A stretch of 44,072 bases of DNA from an uncultured Lachnobacterium sp. GTDB taxonomy: Bacteria > Bacillota > Clostridia > Lachnospirales > Lachnospiraceae. Under the pieces are notes generated by a model. It had not been told where the DNA came from. It saw only the letters and a list, made by a program, of their open reading frames with translations, and did no database searches. Both the position numbers and the translations under genes were made by a program. The stretch lies in assembly GCA_900549895.1 (NCBI GenBank), contig URQG01000001.1, positions 1 through 44,072 of the forward strand, written 5' to 3'. The first letter of the stretch is position 1; every line of letters begins with the position of its first letter. Below are positions 1-8,383 of this stretch, in pieces.

Positions 1-48
1 TCTACACGCGTAAGATCGTCGGCAGCGTCAGATGTGTATAAGAGACAG
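1..48 (+). other. Illumina Nextera adapter contamination (P5 tail + i5 index + Read-1 adapter with Tn5 mosaic end)
   Basis: TCTACAC (end of P5, 1-7), 8-nt index GCGTAAGA (8-15), TCGTCGGCAGCGTC (16-29), AGATGTGTATAAGAGACAG (30-48). This is the exact Nextera layout. Confidence 0.99.
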
Positions 49-341
49 ATCCAATCCATTTTACGAATCTGATCCAGAATTGCCCCACGAATACGCAGAC
101 TTGCATATGTTTCAAACTTAACATTCTTTGTCAGGTCAAACTTATCAATCGCATCAATCAATCCAAAAATTCCATAACTGACCAGATCGTCATAATCAAC
201 ATTGTATCCAAGATACATACTGAGTCGACCTGCCACCAGTTTCACAAGCTGCGAATATTCAATTATTAATTGTTCTCTTAGCTCCTGAGACGGTTTCTTA
301 CGATATGTCTCCCAAAGCTTTTCTCTGTCCACAGTTTTCAT
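49..341 (-). CDS. fliA: FliA/WhiG (sigma-28/SigD) RNA polymerase sigma factor, 3'-truncated by the adapter
   Basis: Not in the ORF track. Manual translation from ATG 341 gives MKTVDREKLWETYRKKPSQELREQLIIEYSQLVKLVAGRL...DDLVSYGIFGLIDAIDKFD...KFETYASLRIRGAILDQIRKMDW, typical of sigma-28 region 2. Lies at the end of the che genes. Confidence 0.95.
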
Positions 342-375
342 TCAACCCACTCCGCATCATACTTCTTGAAGGATC

Positions 376-678
376 TTACTCCTGCTGTGTTTCCTCTTGT
401 TCTTCACCGCTCTGCTCATCTTTGTCTTCCTCGGTCTGATCATCAGACTCCGGTTGTTCTACACTTTTGCCCAAATCCACCTCTTCCAAATCGTCCATCT
501 CACCGAAATTGCGATCAAGAATCACTTTAACGATCGACCCAAGTGCATAAAAAATAAGTAAAATAATCAACAGCTGCTTTACAAACGGGCCAAGTTCCTG
601 ACCTGTGCGAATTGCCATCACGCAATCAACAAACCCGGCTGTAAGCATAACCAGTGCTGGAACATTATTTGTCTTCAT
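376..678 (-). CDS. Small membrane protein with two hydrophobic helices and a very acidic C-terminal tail
   Basis: 100-aa ORF with AGGA SD, in operon between cheD and fliA. Two hydrophobic segments followed by an E/D/Q-rich tail. Confidence 0.8.
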   Translation of the reverse strand: MKTNNVPALVMLTAGFVDCVMAIRTGQELGPFVKQLLIILLIFYALGSIVKVILDRNFGEMDDLEEVDLGKSVEQPESDDQTEEDKDEQSGEEQEETQQE

Positions 679-692
679 CGTGTCTCATTCCT

Positions 693-1178
693 TTAAATTA
701 CTTTAATCGGTTTTCCCACAGACTTAATTGTAAAATCACCGGTCTCGCAATCCAAAATAACGGTTCTTCCATAATTTAATCCGGTATCCTGTGCCACAAG
801 CGGAATCTTCAATTCTTGAAGAACAAGTCTGGCTTCTTCTGAATTTCGTTCCCCAACGTGTCCGACCGAAGAAAGTCCGCTCATCTCAAACATGCAAGCC
901 CCACCGGCGATCTTGGCCACAAGCCGACGCTGATTAGCACCATGAGCCAATACCTGCTTTAATAACTCACGAATACCGGTATCTCCAAATTTAGCAATAT
1001 TCGTATTATTTTTCAACTTGGTACTATCCGGCAGCATATAATGTACCATCCCGCCCACTTTTGTAACCGGATCATACAAAGTCAGACCGATACAGGATCC
1101 AAGTCCCAATGTTGTCAACGAATCCGGGGCTTTGGCGACATTAAGATCTGCCATTCCCACCTTAACCATTTCTCCCAT
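693..1178 (-). CDS. cheD: Chemoreceptor glutamine deamidase CheD
   Basis: TLGLGSCIG (catalytic Cys), HYMLP, AKIAGGA and DTGLNYGRT motifs; next to cheC. Confidence 0.96.
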   Translation of the reverse strand: MGEMVKVGMADLNVAKAPDSLTTLGLGSCIGLTLYDPVTKVGGMVHYMLPDSTKLKNNTNIAKFGDTGIRELLKQVLAHGANQRRLVAKIAGGACMFEMSGLSSVGHVGERNSEEARLVLQELKIPLVAQDTGLNYGRTVILDCETGDFTIKSVGKPIKVI

Positions 1179-1191
1179 ATTCCCTTATCTC

Positions 1192-1812
1192 CTACAGCTG
1201 AATTCCCAGAGATGACAGGATTTTTGCATAGGAATCCTCTTCCGGCATTAAGATAAAATAGCCATTGATCATATATTCATCCCCAAACTCCGTTTCAATC
1301 AACAATGCATTATTTCCATATTGTCCAAATTGGATAGCAGGAACGCTTAAGATTGCAGCCGCCATATCAACCGCAATATGCGGAACCGATGGTGCAATCG
1401 TCATATTTGTCATTCCTGACAATGCAGACAAATAGGATCCTGCAATAATATTGCCAATCTCTTTCATTGCGGAAAGATCCATCTCATCAAACGGTTCCTG
1501 ATTATCCGGATCTTTCCCCATCAGTTTATTGACGAGATAATGTGCGGAATCCATCTTCATCAAAAACATCATGCTTCCGGTTATATCATTGGATACTTCA
1601 AGGAAAATACCGACAATAATCTCATCCTCAGGACAGATCGCCGACCCCAGCTTAGATGCTTCCATCAATTCAACCTTAGGTACATTCATGTTGATCTGTT
1701 CATTCAACATACTGGCCAAAGAAGTGGTTGCATTACCGGCTCCAATATTGCCGATTTCTTTCAGCACGTCCATGTACATATCATTCACATGATCCAGTGA
1801 AAAATTACTCAT
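1192..1812 (-). CDS. cheC: CheY-P phosphatase CheC
   Basis: Two ExxN phosphatase motifs (KEIGNIGAGN, KEIGNIIAGS). Start set at ATG 1812 after a GGAGG SD. Confidence 0.95.
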   Translation of the reverse strand: MSNFSLDHVNDMYMDVLKEIGNIGAGNATTSLASMLNEQINMNVPKVELMEASKLGSAICPEDEIIVGIFLEVSNDITGSMMFLMKMDSAHYLVNKLMGKDPDNQEPFDEMDLSAMKEIGNIIAGSYLSALSGMTNMTIAPSVPHIAVDMAAAILSVPAIQFGQYGNNALLIETEFGDEYMINGYFILMPEEDSYAKILSSLGIQL

Positions 1813-1830
1813 ACATTCCTCCAATAACAT

Positions 1831-1857
1831 ATATAGTGAGGCAATGCCTCACTATAT
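1831..1857. repeat. Perfect 12-bp inverted repeat between cheW and cheC
   Basis: ATATAGTGAGGC-AAT-GCCTCACTATAT; no U-tract on either side. Confidence 0.85.
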
Positions 1858-1863
1858 TGATAA

Positions 1864-2331
1864 TTATGCGTTCTCTTTCTCCTCAACGATCGAATTAATC
1901 TCAAAAAGAGAAATCAACTGATCTCCATTCTTACCAATTCCGTTGATAAAAGAATCTTTTACATGACTTGAATTGATGTTATTTGTTTCAATCTGATCCG
2001 GTGAAAGAGTTACGACCTCACATACCTGATCAACAATAACGCCAAGCGAACCTTTTTCTTCAAGCTTCAAAATAATAATACGGGACGCATTGGTAATTAC
2101 ATCCTCATCCAGTCCCATTTTCGTACGAATACTCATTACCGGCACAATTTCACCGCGAAGATTGATAATTCCCTTAAAGTACACCTGAGCCTTTGGCACT
2201 CGTGTAATCTTCTGCATACGGACAATATTATCTACATATCGGATATCAATTCCATATTTCTCGCTTCCAATCTGAACTACGATATACTGTTTTGTTTCGT
2301 CCTGTGTTGTTTCAATTTTCTTATCTGCCAT
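1864..2331 (-). CDS. cheW: Chemotaxis adaptor CheW
   Basis: ITRVPKAQVYFKGIINLRGEIVPV and GVIVDQV motifs. Start at ATG 2331 after a GGGGTGA SD. Confidence 0.96.
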   Translation of the reverse strand: MADKKIETTQDETKQYIVVQIGSEKYGIDIRYVDNIVRMQKITRVPKAQVYFKGIINLRGEIVPVMSIRTKMGLDEDVITNASRIIILKLEEKGSLGVIVDQVCEVVTLSPDQIETNNINSSHVKDSFINGIGKNGDQLISLFEINSIVEEKENA

Positions 2332-2345
2332 ATGATTCACCCCCG

Positions 2346-4433
2346 TTACATCAAAGTATTGGCATCAAGGATCAGGGCAACCTCACCATCACCGAGGATT
2401 GTAGCTCCACTGATCAGCTTATTACCATTAATGTACTTACCTAATGATTTAATTACGATTTCCTGCTGACCGATCAGCTTATCAACAACAAGTCCAACCT
2501 GACTGTCACCACGTTTCACAATTACAACGGTAAGGTTCTCCGGTCCATTCTCCAGAGGCTCAATATCAAGGATCTTATCCAAACGAATAAGTGGAATAAC
2601 GTTGCCTCTGAGATGAATAACTTCTTTTGCTTCTACATACTTGATATCCGTAACCGGAATATTCTCAATATTGGCAATAGAGCCTAATGCGATCGCATAT
2701 TTTTCATCGCGGACTTCAACCATAAGTGCCTGAATGATAGCAAGAGTAAGCGGCAGACGTACGGTAAAGGTTGTACCCTCTCCGAGTTTTGTCTGTACTT
2801 CCACATCACCGCCAAGCTGTTCAATATTGGATTTAACAACATCAAGCCCAACGCCTCGGCCAGAAATATCCGTAATCTTCTTCGCCATTGAGAAACTTGG
2901 TATAAACAACAGATTGATGATTTCTTTCTGTGTCATTGCATCAGCCTGCTCCGGTGTAATAATACCTCTCTCGACCGCCTTTTCTCTAACCGCATCCGTA
3001 TCGATACCATTACCATCATCACCTACCTGAATGATGACATTATTTCCCTCCTGATATGCATTGAGGAAAATGTTTCCGACTTCCGGCTTTCCTCGCTGAA
3101 TACGAAGTTCTGTATCTTCCAGACCATGGTCTGCGGAATTACGAAGCAAATGCTGCAATGGATCTCCGATCTGATCCACAACCGTACGATCCAGTTCTGT
3201 GTCCTCACCGGTCATAACCAGTTCCATCTTCTTATTTAATGTACGAGAGAGATCACGGATCATTCTTGGGAACTTATTAACAACACTCTCGATAGGTACC
3301 ATTCGTACCTTCATAACCGATTCATGCAGATTCGTTGTAATACGCTCCAAATATTCAATCTGTTCATGGAATCCCTGATTGTTGAGACTTCCGCTCTCTG
3401 TAGAACTGATTGACACCAGACTGTTCTTTGCAATAATAAGCTCGGATACCTGATTCATTAAAGCATCCAGTTTTTCAATGTCTACACGTACCGTACGGTT
3501 TGTTGCAGGTTTTCCGCCATTCGCTTTCTTTGCCGGTGTACCGGATTTCTTTTCCGGAGCTTTCACCTGTGGTTTCGCCGGTACCGCCTTTGCTGCTTCT
3601 GTCTGTGGTGTTTCCTTCTTTGCTGTTTCTTCCGCAGATGAGAAATCAGTGATCTCTTCTCCGATTGCATCCGCAATCTCAGACACTTTCTTTGCTGCAG
3701 CAAGAATCTTATCCAGACTCTCCTGAGATCCTACATAAAAGCTAAATTCCAATTCAAATTTTTCGTCTTCAATATCCTGTGAACTTGGACGATACACCAA
3801 AATTTCTCCAAGTTCTTCAACCGCTTTAAATACAAGAAATGCGCGTGCAGCCTTAAGCAGACATTCCGGATCAATCGTCACTTTGACACCATAGATATGT
3901 AATCCGCTATCTTTTGCAGTCTCAACCGCTTTACGCTCAGAGTTGCTCAGTTCAAATTTTTCAAATCCGGTGCTCTCAGACTTTTCTGTTGCTGCAGCAG
4001 GTTGTGTTCCCTCTGTCACTGCCGGAGCAGCTTCAGCAGCCTCACCATTTGCTTTTGCAATAAAATCATTGAGTTCCTTAATGATAATCTCGTTATCTTC
4101 CGTACCCTCATCTGATGTGGCCTTAATATTTTCAAGATAACCGTCAATGGCATCCAGACACTTAAAAAGCAGATCGATCATCGGACTGTCAACCGGGATT
4201 TTATCACTGCGCACTTCCTGGAACACATTCTCCATATCATGTGTCAAATGCTGCATTCTCTTAAAGCCCATCGTGCCTGCCATACCCTTTAATGAATGAG
4301 CGGCACGGAAAACTTCATTGATGGTGTCTTTGTTGTCCGGTTCTTTTTCAAGAGTCATAATGCAATCACTCAAAGTTTGCAAATGTTCTGCACTCTCATC
4401 AATAAATATTTCTAGATACTGGCTTACATCCAT
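2346..4433 (-). CDS. cheA: Chemotaxis histidine kinase CheA (P1-P2-P3-P4-P5)
   Basis: Hpt FRAAHSLKG, TVRVDIEKLD, RNSADHG, DDGNG, ISGRGVGLDVV and a C-terminal CheW-like domain. Confidence 0.98.
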   Translation of the reverse strand: MDVSQYLEIFIDESAEHLQTLSDCIMTLEKEPDNKDTINEVFRAAHSLKGMAGTMGFKRMQHLTHDMENVFQEVRSDKIPVDSPMIDLLFKCLDAIDGYLENIKATSDEGTEDNEIIIKELNDFIAKANGEAAEAAPAVTEGTQPAAATEKSESTGFEKFELSNSERKAVETAKDSGLHIYGVKVTIDPECLLKAARAFLVFKAVEELGEILVYRPSSQDIEDEKFELEFSFYVGSQESLDKILAAAKKVSEIADAIGEEITDFSSAEETAKKETPQTEAAKAVPAKPQVKAPEKKSGTPAKKANGGKPATNRTVRVDIEKLDALMNQVSELIIAKNSLVSISSTESGSLNNQGFHEQIEYLERITTNLHESVMKVRMVPIESVVNKFPRMIRDLSRTLNKKMELVMTGEDTELDRTVVDQIGDPLQHLLRNSADHGLEDTELRIQRGKPEVGNIFLNAYQEGNNVIIQVGDDGNGIDTDAVREKAVERGIITPEQADAMTQKEIINLLFIPSFSMAKKITDISGRGVGLDVVKSNIEQLGGDVEVQTKLGEGTTFTVRLPLTLAIIQALMVEVRDEKYAIALGSIANIENIPVTDIKYVEAKEVIHLRGNVIPLIRLDKILDIEPLENGPENLTVVIVKRGDSQVGLVVDKLIGQQEIVIKSLGKYINGNKLISGATILGDGEVALILDANTLM

Positions 4434-4434
4434 A

Positions 4435-5490
4435 CTATTTTACCCCCACATTCTTTGTGATTGTTTTAGCAACCTGTTCAAGAGGAACCATCTCATCAAC
4501 CATTCCTGCTTCTGCAATAGCCCTTGGCATTCCATATACAACACACGTCTGAGCATCCTGCGCGATTACATGGATTGGTTTTTTCCTGTTCAGTGACAGT
4601 ATTCCGTTGGTTCCGTCCGCTCCCATTCCGGTAAGTACAATACAAATAATTTCATCGTAATCCGTCTTGGTCAGCGAATCAAACATAATATTTGCACAAG
4701 GGCGAAGACCGCCAATCGGAGGCATATCATTCAGTGCAATCCTATGCGAGCCATCCCGCATCTTAACTACTTCCATATGTTTGCCCCCCGGAGCCACATA
4801 AACATGTCCTTTTTCAAGGATATCGCCTTCCTGTGCTTCTTTTACAGAGATTTCACTCAACTCATTCAAACGGTCAGCCATCGATTTGGTAAATCCCGGT
4901 GGCATATGCTGTACCAGCACCATCGGAGCATCCAAATTTTTCGGCAAATACGGAATTACACTCTGCAACGCCTTCGGTCCTCCGGTTGAACACGCAAGAG
5001 CAACCAGCTTCTTATCTGTTCTGACCGGCTTAATATGTTTAACCGCTGTAACAAGCTTTGGACTTATAGGTGTGTTACGTTTATACACCTGTGTATCATA
5101 TACTGCGGTAAGAACAGACAACAACTGTTTTTTAAACACTTCACCTTTGGCTTCGATCACATTACTCGGTTTGGTCACAAAATCAATTGCTCCACGCTCC
5201 ATCGCAAGAATGGTAACCTCGGCATCTTTGGTTGTTAAGGTACTGACCATAACAACTTTTGCTTTGATACCTTCTTTTTGCAATCGTTCCAACAACTGAA
5301 GTCCATCCATTCGCGGCATATTGACATCCAATACAACGCCATCGTATGACTTTACTTTAAGTCTTTCATACGCCTCAAGACCATCTCTGCAAAAATCAGT
5401 TGCTTGAAAATTTTCATCCGAATTGATTATATCACAAATAATTCTTCTCATGAGTGCAGAATCATCAACTACCAATATGTTTTTCTTCAT
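4435..5490 (-). CDS. cheB: Chemotaxis response regulator methylesterase CheB
   Basis: Receiver domain (ILVVDDSALMR, DVNMPRMDG, KP) plus esterase STGG, QHMP and GMGADG. The real start is MKKNIL at 5490; the longer ORF overlaps the upstream gene. Confidence 0.97.
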   Translation of the reverse strand: MKKNILVVDDSALMRRIICDIINSDENFQATDFCRDGLEAYERLKVKSYDGVVLDVNMPRMDGLQLLERLQKEGIKAKVVMVSTLTTKDAEVTILAMERGAIDFVTKPSNVIEAKGEVFKKQLLSVLTAVYDTQVYKRNTPISPKLVTAVKHIKPVRTDKKLVALACSTGGPKALQSVIPYLPKNLDAPMVLVQHMPPGFTKSMADRLNELSEISVKEAQEGDILEKGHVYVAPGGKHMEVVKMRDGSHRIALNDMPPIGGLRPCANIMFDSLTKTDYDEIICIVLTGMGADGTNGILSLNRKKPIHVIAQDAQTCVVYGMPRAIAEAGMVDEMVPLEQVAKTITKNVGVK

Positions 5491-5495
5491 TCCAA

Positions 5496-6233
5496 TCACC
5501 CAACTTCTTTCCTGCGAATTCTCCGCTCTTCTTCGAAAACAAACCGTACAATTTTTTCTCTGTCCTTCAGATCTTTGAAAATAAACTTTGCTCTGCAGCT
5601 GTAACGGTCCGAATCTTCTTTTTGTATTGCGACAATCTGACTCACAAGATAAAAACACTCATCGGTATTTTCATTAACCAGCCGGAATGTCAAAAGTACA
5701 AACTGACCAGGCTCAAGCGGTGTATCTCCGGTAAATCGTACCCCTCCGCCACTGATATCACAGATCATCGCTTTTTTCTTGTGATCTATGTATTTGATAT
5801 CCTGGCTCTCCATGAACAACAGTTCCGTTGTCTTTAACGCAGCAACTTCCTCTGTGATTTCCAACAACTGCATCTCTGTAACATAATCGATACGGAAAAA
5901 CTCTCTTCTCTGGAATCTCTTCGGTTCCGTACGAAAAAGAATCCGTAAAAGATACAAATTATCTTTGCGGTATCGCTCACGCACAATTGCATCACAACTG
6001 TAGAGTCCTCTCCTTGTATAGAAAACAAATTGACACTCTGCTCCTATCTGCAGCAAAACCATACGGCTTCCCTGTATCGGCATCAGTATCTCCATCTCCT
6101 GGTCAGAGATAAATTCGCAGACATTGCTTTTATACACTTTGGCCTTCTGACCGCCATTGTCCTCTGCATTCATCTGATGCAACAGGCGAATATCAATTTT
6201 GTCACCTGGAATTATGATATTGGAAAAATTCAT
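5496..6233 (-). CDS. YcgR/MotI-like flagellar brake protein with PilZ domain
   Basis: c-di-GMP motifs RxxxR (QRREFFR) and DxSxxG (DISGGG); position between flhG and cheB. Confidence 0.9.
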   Translation of the reverse strand: MNFSNIIIPGDKIDIRLLHQMNAEDNGGQKAKVYKSNVCEFISDQEMEILMPIQGSRMVLLQIGAECQFVFYTRRGLYSCDAIVRERYRKDNLYLLRILFRTEPKRFQRREFFRIDYVTEMQLLEITEEVAALKTTELLFMESQDIKYIDHKKKAMICDISGGGVRFTGDTPLEPGQFVLLTFRLVNENTDECFYLVSQIVAIQKEDSDRYSCRAKFIFKDLKDREKIVRFVFEEERRIRRKEVG

Positions 6234-6245
6234 ACGCTCATTCTC

Positions 6246-7124
6246 CTACTTATGCCCTGATAAAAAACTGGAAAACATCTGACCGATTCCTTTTCTCATC
6301 GTAACCTGATTATGCATTCCGTTCAGCAGATTACCGGCAAGTATCTCAAACGCCTGAGCAGACCTCGAATTGGGTTCCAGCAAAGATACCGGCTGTTGCT
6401 GTCGTACCGCTTTTTCCAACGCCGCATCCTGCGGAATCATGCCAAGATAATTTAACTTGCCATGTAAAAACTGAAATACTACCGAATTGAGTTTATCATA
6501 CACGCCTTGTCCCTCATCGGTACTCGTAACACGATTCGAGACGACATGAATGGTTGTTCCGCCTGCCACGAAATTCGGATTCCGATATAAGGCCTTCAAA
6601 AGTGAATAAGAATCCGTAAGAGAACTCGGTTCCGGTGTTGACACAAGAAGCACCTCCGGACTTGCCATAACAAACTCTAAAACCTGATCGGATATTCCAG
6701 CCCCTGTATCTATAATAATGAAATCCGCAAGATCATTCAACTCATTAATTGATTTAACCAGATACATAATCTGTTCTCTATACAGATTATTGAGTCCGAT
6801 AATACCTGATCCCCCGGAAATAAAGCCAATATCCATCGGTCCCGGTGTAATAATCTCTTTGATTCCTTTACCTCGATATATAAAATCCGAAAGATTGTGC
6901 TGCGGAATAGCACCAAACATCACTTCGACATTTGCCAAACCAAAATCTGCATCAAAAATCACAACGCGCTTTCCGGCTTTACGCAGCTGTACCGCAAGAT
7001 TGACAGCAAGATTGGATTTACCGACACCACCCTTACCGCTTGTCACAGTTACAACCCTTGCCACATTCTGATTGATCTTATTTTGTTTTTTGATAACATT
7101 GCGTAACTGTTGTGCCTGATCCAT
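6246..7124 (-). CDS. flhG: MinD/ParA-family flagellar number regulator FlhG
   Basis: N-terminal DQAxxLR motif, deviant Walker A SGKGGVGKS, DTGAG; follows flhF. Confidence 0.95.
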   Translation of the reverse strand: MDQAQQLRNVIKKQNKINQNVARVVTVTSGKGGVGKSNLAVNLAVQLRKAGKRVVIFDADFGLANVEVMFGAIPQHNLSDFIYRGKGIKEIITPGPMDIGFISGGSGIIGLNNLYREQIMYLVKSINELNDLADFIIIDTGAGISDQVLEFVMASPEVLLVSTPEPSSLTDSYSLLKALYRNPNFVAGGTTIHVVSNRVTSTDEGQGVYDKLNSVVFQFLHGKLNYLGMIPQDAALEKAVRQQQPVSLLEPNSRSAQAFEILAGNLLNGMHNQVTMRKGIGQMFSSFLSGHK

Positions 7125-8383
7125 TACGAATTGCCTCCCAATAACTTTTTAACAATCTTCTGCGTATCGAACACTTCTATATCATCCGGCACATTCTGAC
7201 CATTTGTCGTATAGGAGAGATCCGCTCCGGAATATAATTTTATATTCAGCAGATTTCCATACGTAGTCGTCTCATCAAGTTTTGTAAAGATCAGCTTATA
7301 ATCTGCGATTTCACGATAACTGTCCACAATATCCAGAAGGTCCATATATTTCGTCGTTGCACTGAGTACCAGATAAACTTCCTTATTGTATTCTTCACTC
7401 ACTCCGCCAAGAAGCGTCTTCATGTCATTGCGCTGCTTTTCATTTTTATGCGAGAAACCGGCTGTATCCACAAACACAAGGTCATAATCCTCAAATTTAG
7501 CGATGGAATCATTAAGCTCTGCCTGTGAATACGCAATTGCCATCGGCGCATCAAGAATATTTGCATATACCTGAAGCTGTTCCGTCGCCGCAATACGGTA
7601 AGTGTCAGCAGTAATAAAAGCCACTTTCTTATCATACTCTACCTTATATTTGGATGCGATCTTGACAATCGTTGTTGTCTTTCCGACTCCTGTCGGACCA
7701 ACAAAAAACAGAATTTTCGGCTTAGATCCCGACAGATCAATTGTCTTAGGCTGTCCAAAACGAAGAATCAGTTTCTGATATACATTTGACAGAATCACAT
7801 CTACACTGTTGCCAGGCCGAATGAATTTCTCAATTTCATCCAGAATCTGATTCACATATTTCTCATTCACTTCATTTTTTAATAATGTACTGTACAAAAT
7901 GCGAACAAAGTGAAACTCCTCCGAAGAAGGCTTCTCTTTGACCGGATTTTCTGCCTCCGGCTTCTCGCCCTTAGGTGTCCTGGCAAGGCTCTCCTCTATA
8001 CGATTAGACAGGTCATCCAGCCGCTGCTCAATCTTTTTTTCTTCCGGTTCCTGCATCCTCGATGAATTCGGCATTGTCTTTTGTATAAGTTCACGAAAAT
8101 CCGGTTTTGCTTCAGGCTTTGGAATATCAATCTTTTCATCTGCAGACAAATTGATACTGTCATGAAACTTCTTTGTGTTCTGAAGCGCGCGTTTCGGATT
8201 AACAAACTGTTCCTTCTCCTCCATTGCTGCAGTCACCTCATATGTTGAATTTTTGAATGCTCGAAACAATCCCTTTGGTTTTACTTCTTTTACATTCATA
8301 ATAACTGCATTTTCACCGAATTCCTGCTTTGCCTTTGCGATTGCTTCTTCTTCTGTCTTACCCTGAAATTTGTTGATTGTCAT
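7124..8383 (-). CDS. flhF: SRP-family GTPase FlhF
   Basis: GPTGVGKTTT, DTYR, DTAG, TKLDET and GQNVPDDI motifs. Confidence 0.96.
   Translation of the reverse strand: MTINKFQGKTEEEAIAKAKQEFGENAVIMNVKEVKPKGLFRAFKNSTYEVTAAMEEKEQFVNPKRALQNTKKFHDSINLSADEKIDIPKPEAKPDFRELIQKTMPNSSRMQEPEEKKIEQRLDDLSNRIEESLARTPKGEKPEAENPVKEKPSSEEFHFVRILYSTLLKNEVNEKYVNQILDEIEKFIRPGNSVDVILSNVYQKLILRFGQPKTIDLSGSKPKILFFVGPTGVGKTTTIVKIASKYKVEYDKKVAFITADTYRIAATEQLQVYANILDAPMAIAYSQAELNDSIAKFEDYDLVFVDTAGFSHKNEKQRNDMKTLLGGVSEEYNKEVYLVLSATTKYMDLLDIVDSYREIADYKLIFTKLDETTTYGNLLNIKLYSGADLSYTTNGQNVPDDIEVFDTQKIVKKLLGGNS

Noticed and set aside
30..48. Tn5 mosaic end as a natural transposon insertion in fliA
   Set aside because: It is preceded by the Illumina Read-1 adapter, index and P5 sequence, so it is a library artefact.
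5491..5658. N-terminal extensions given by the ORF track for cheB (also fliP, fliQ, fliH, sigK, gltX and the 43277 ORF)
   Set aside because: They overlap upstream genes, promoters or repeats. Downstream starts fit SD position and family N-termini better.
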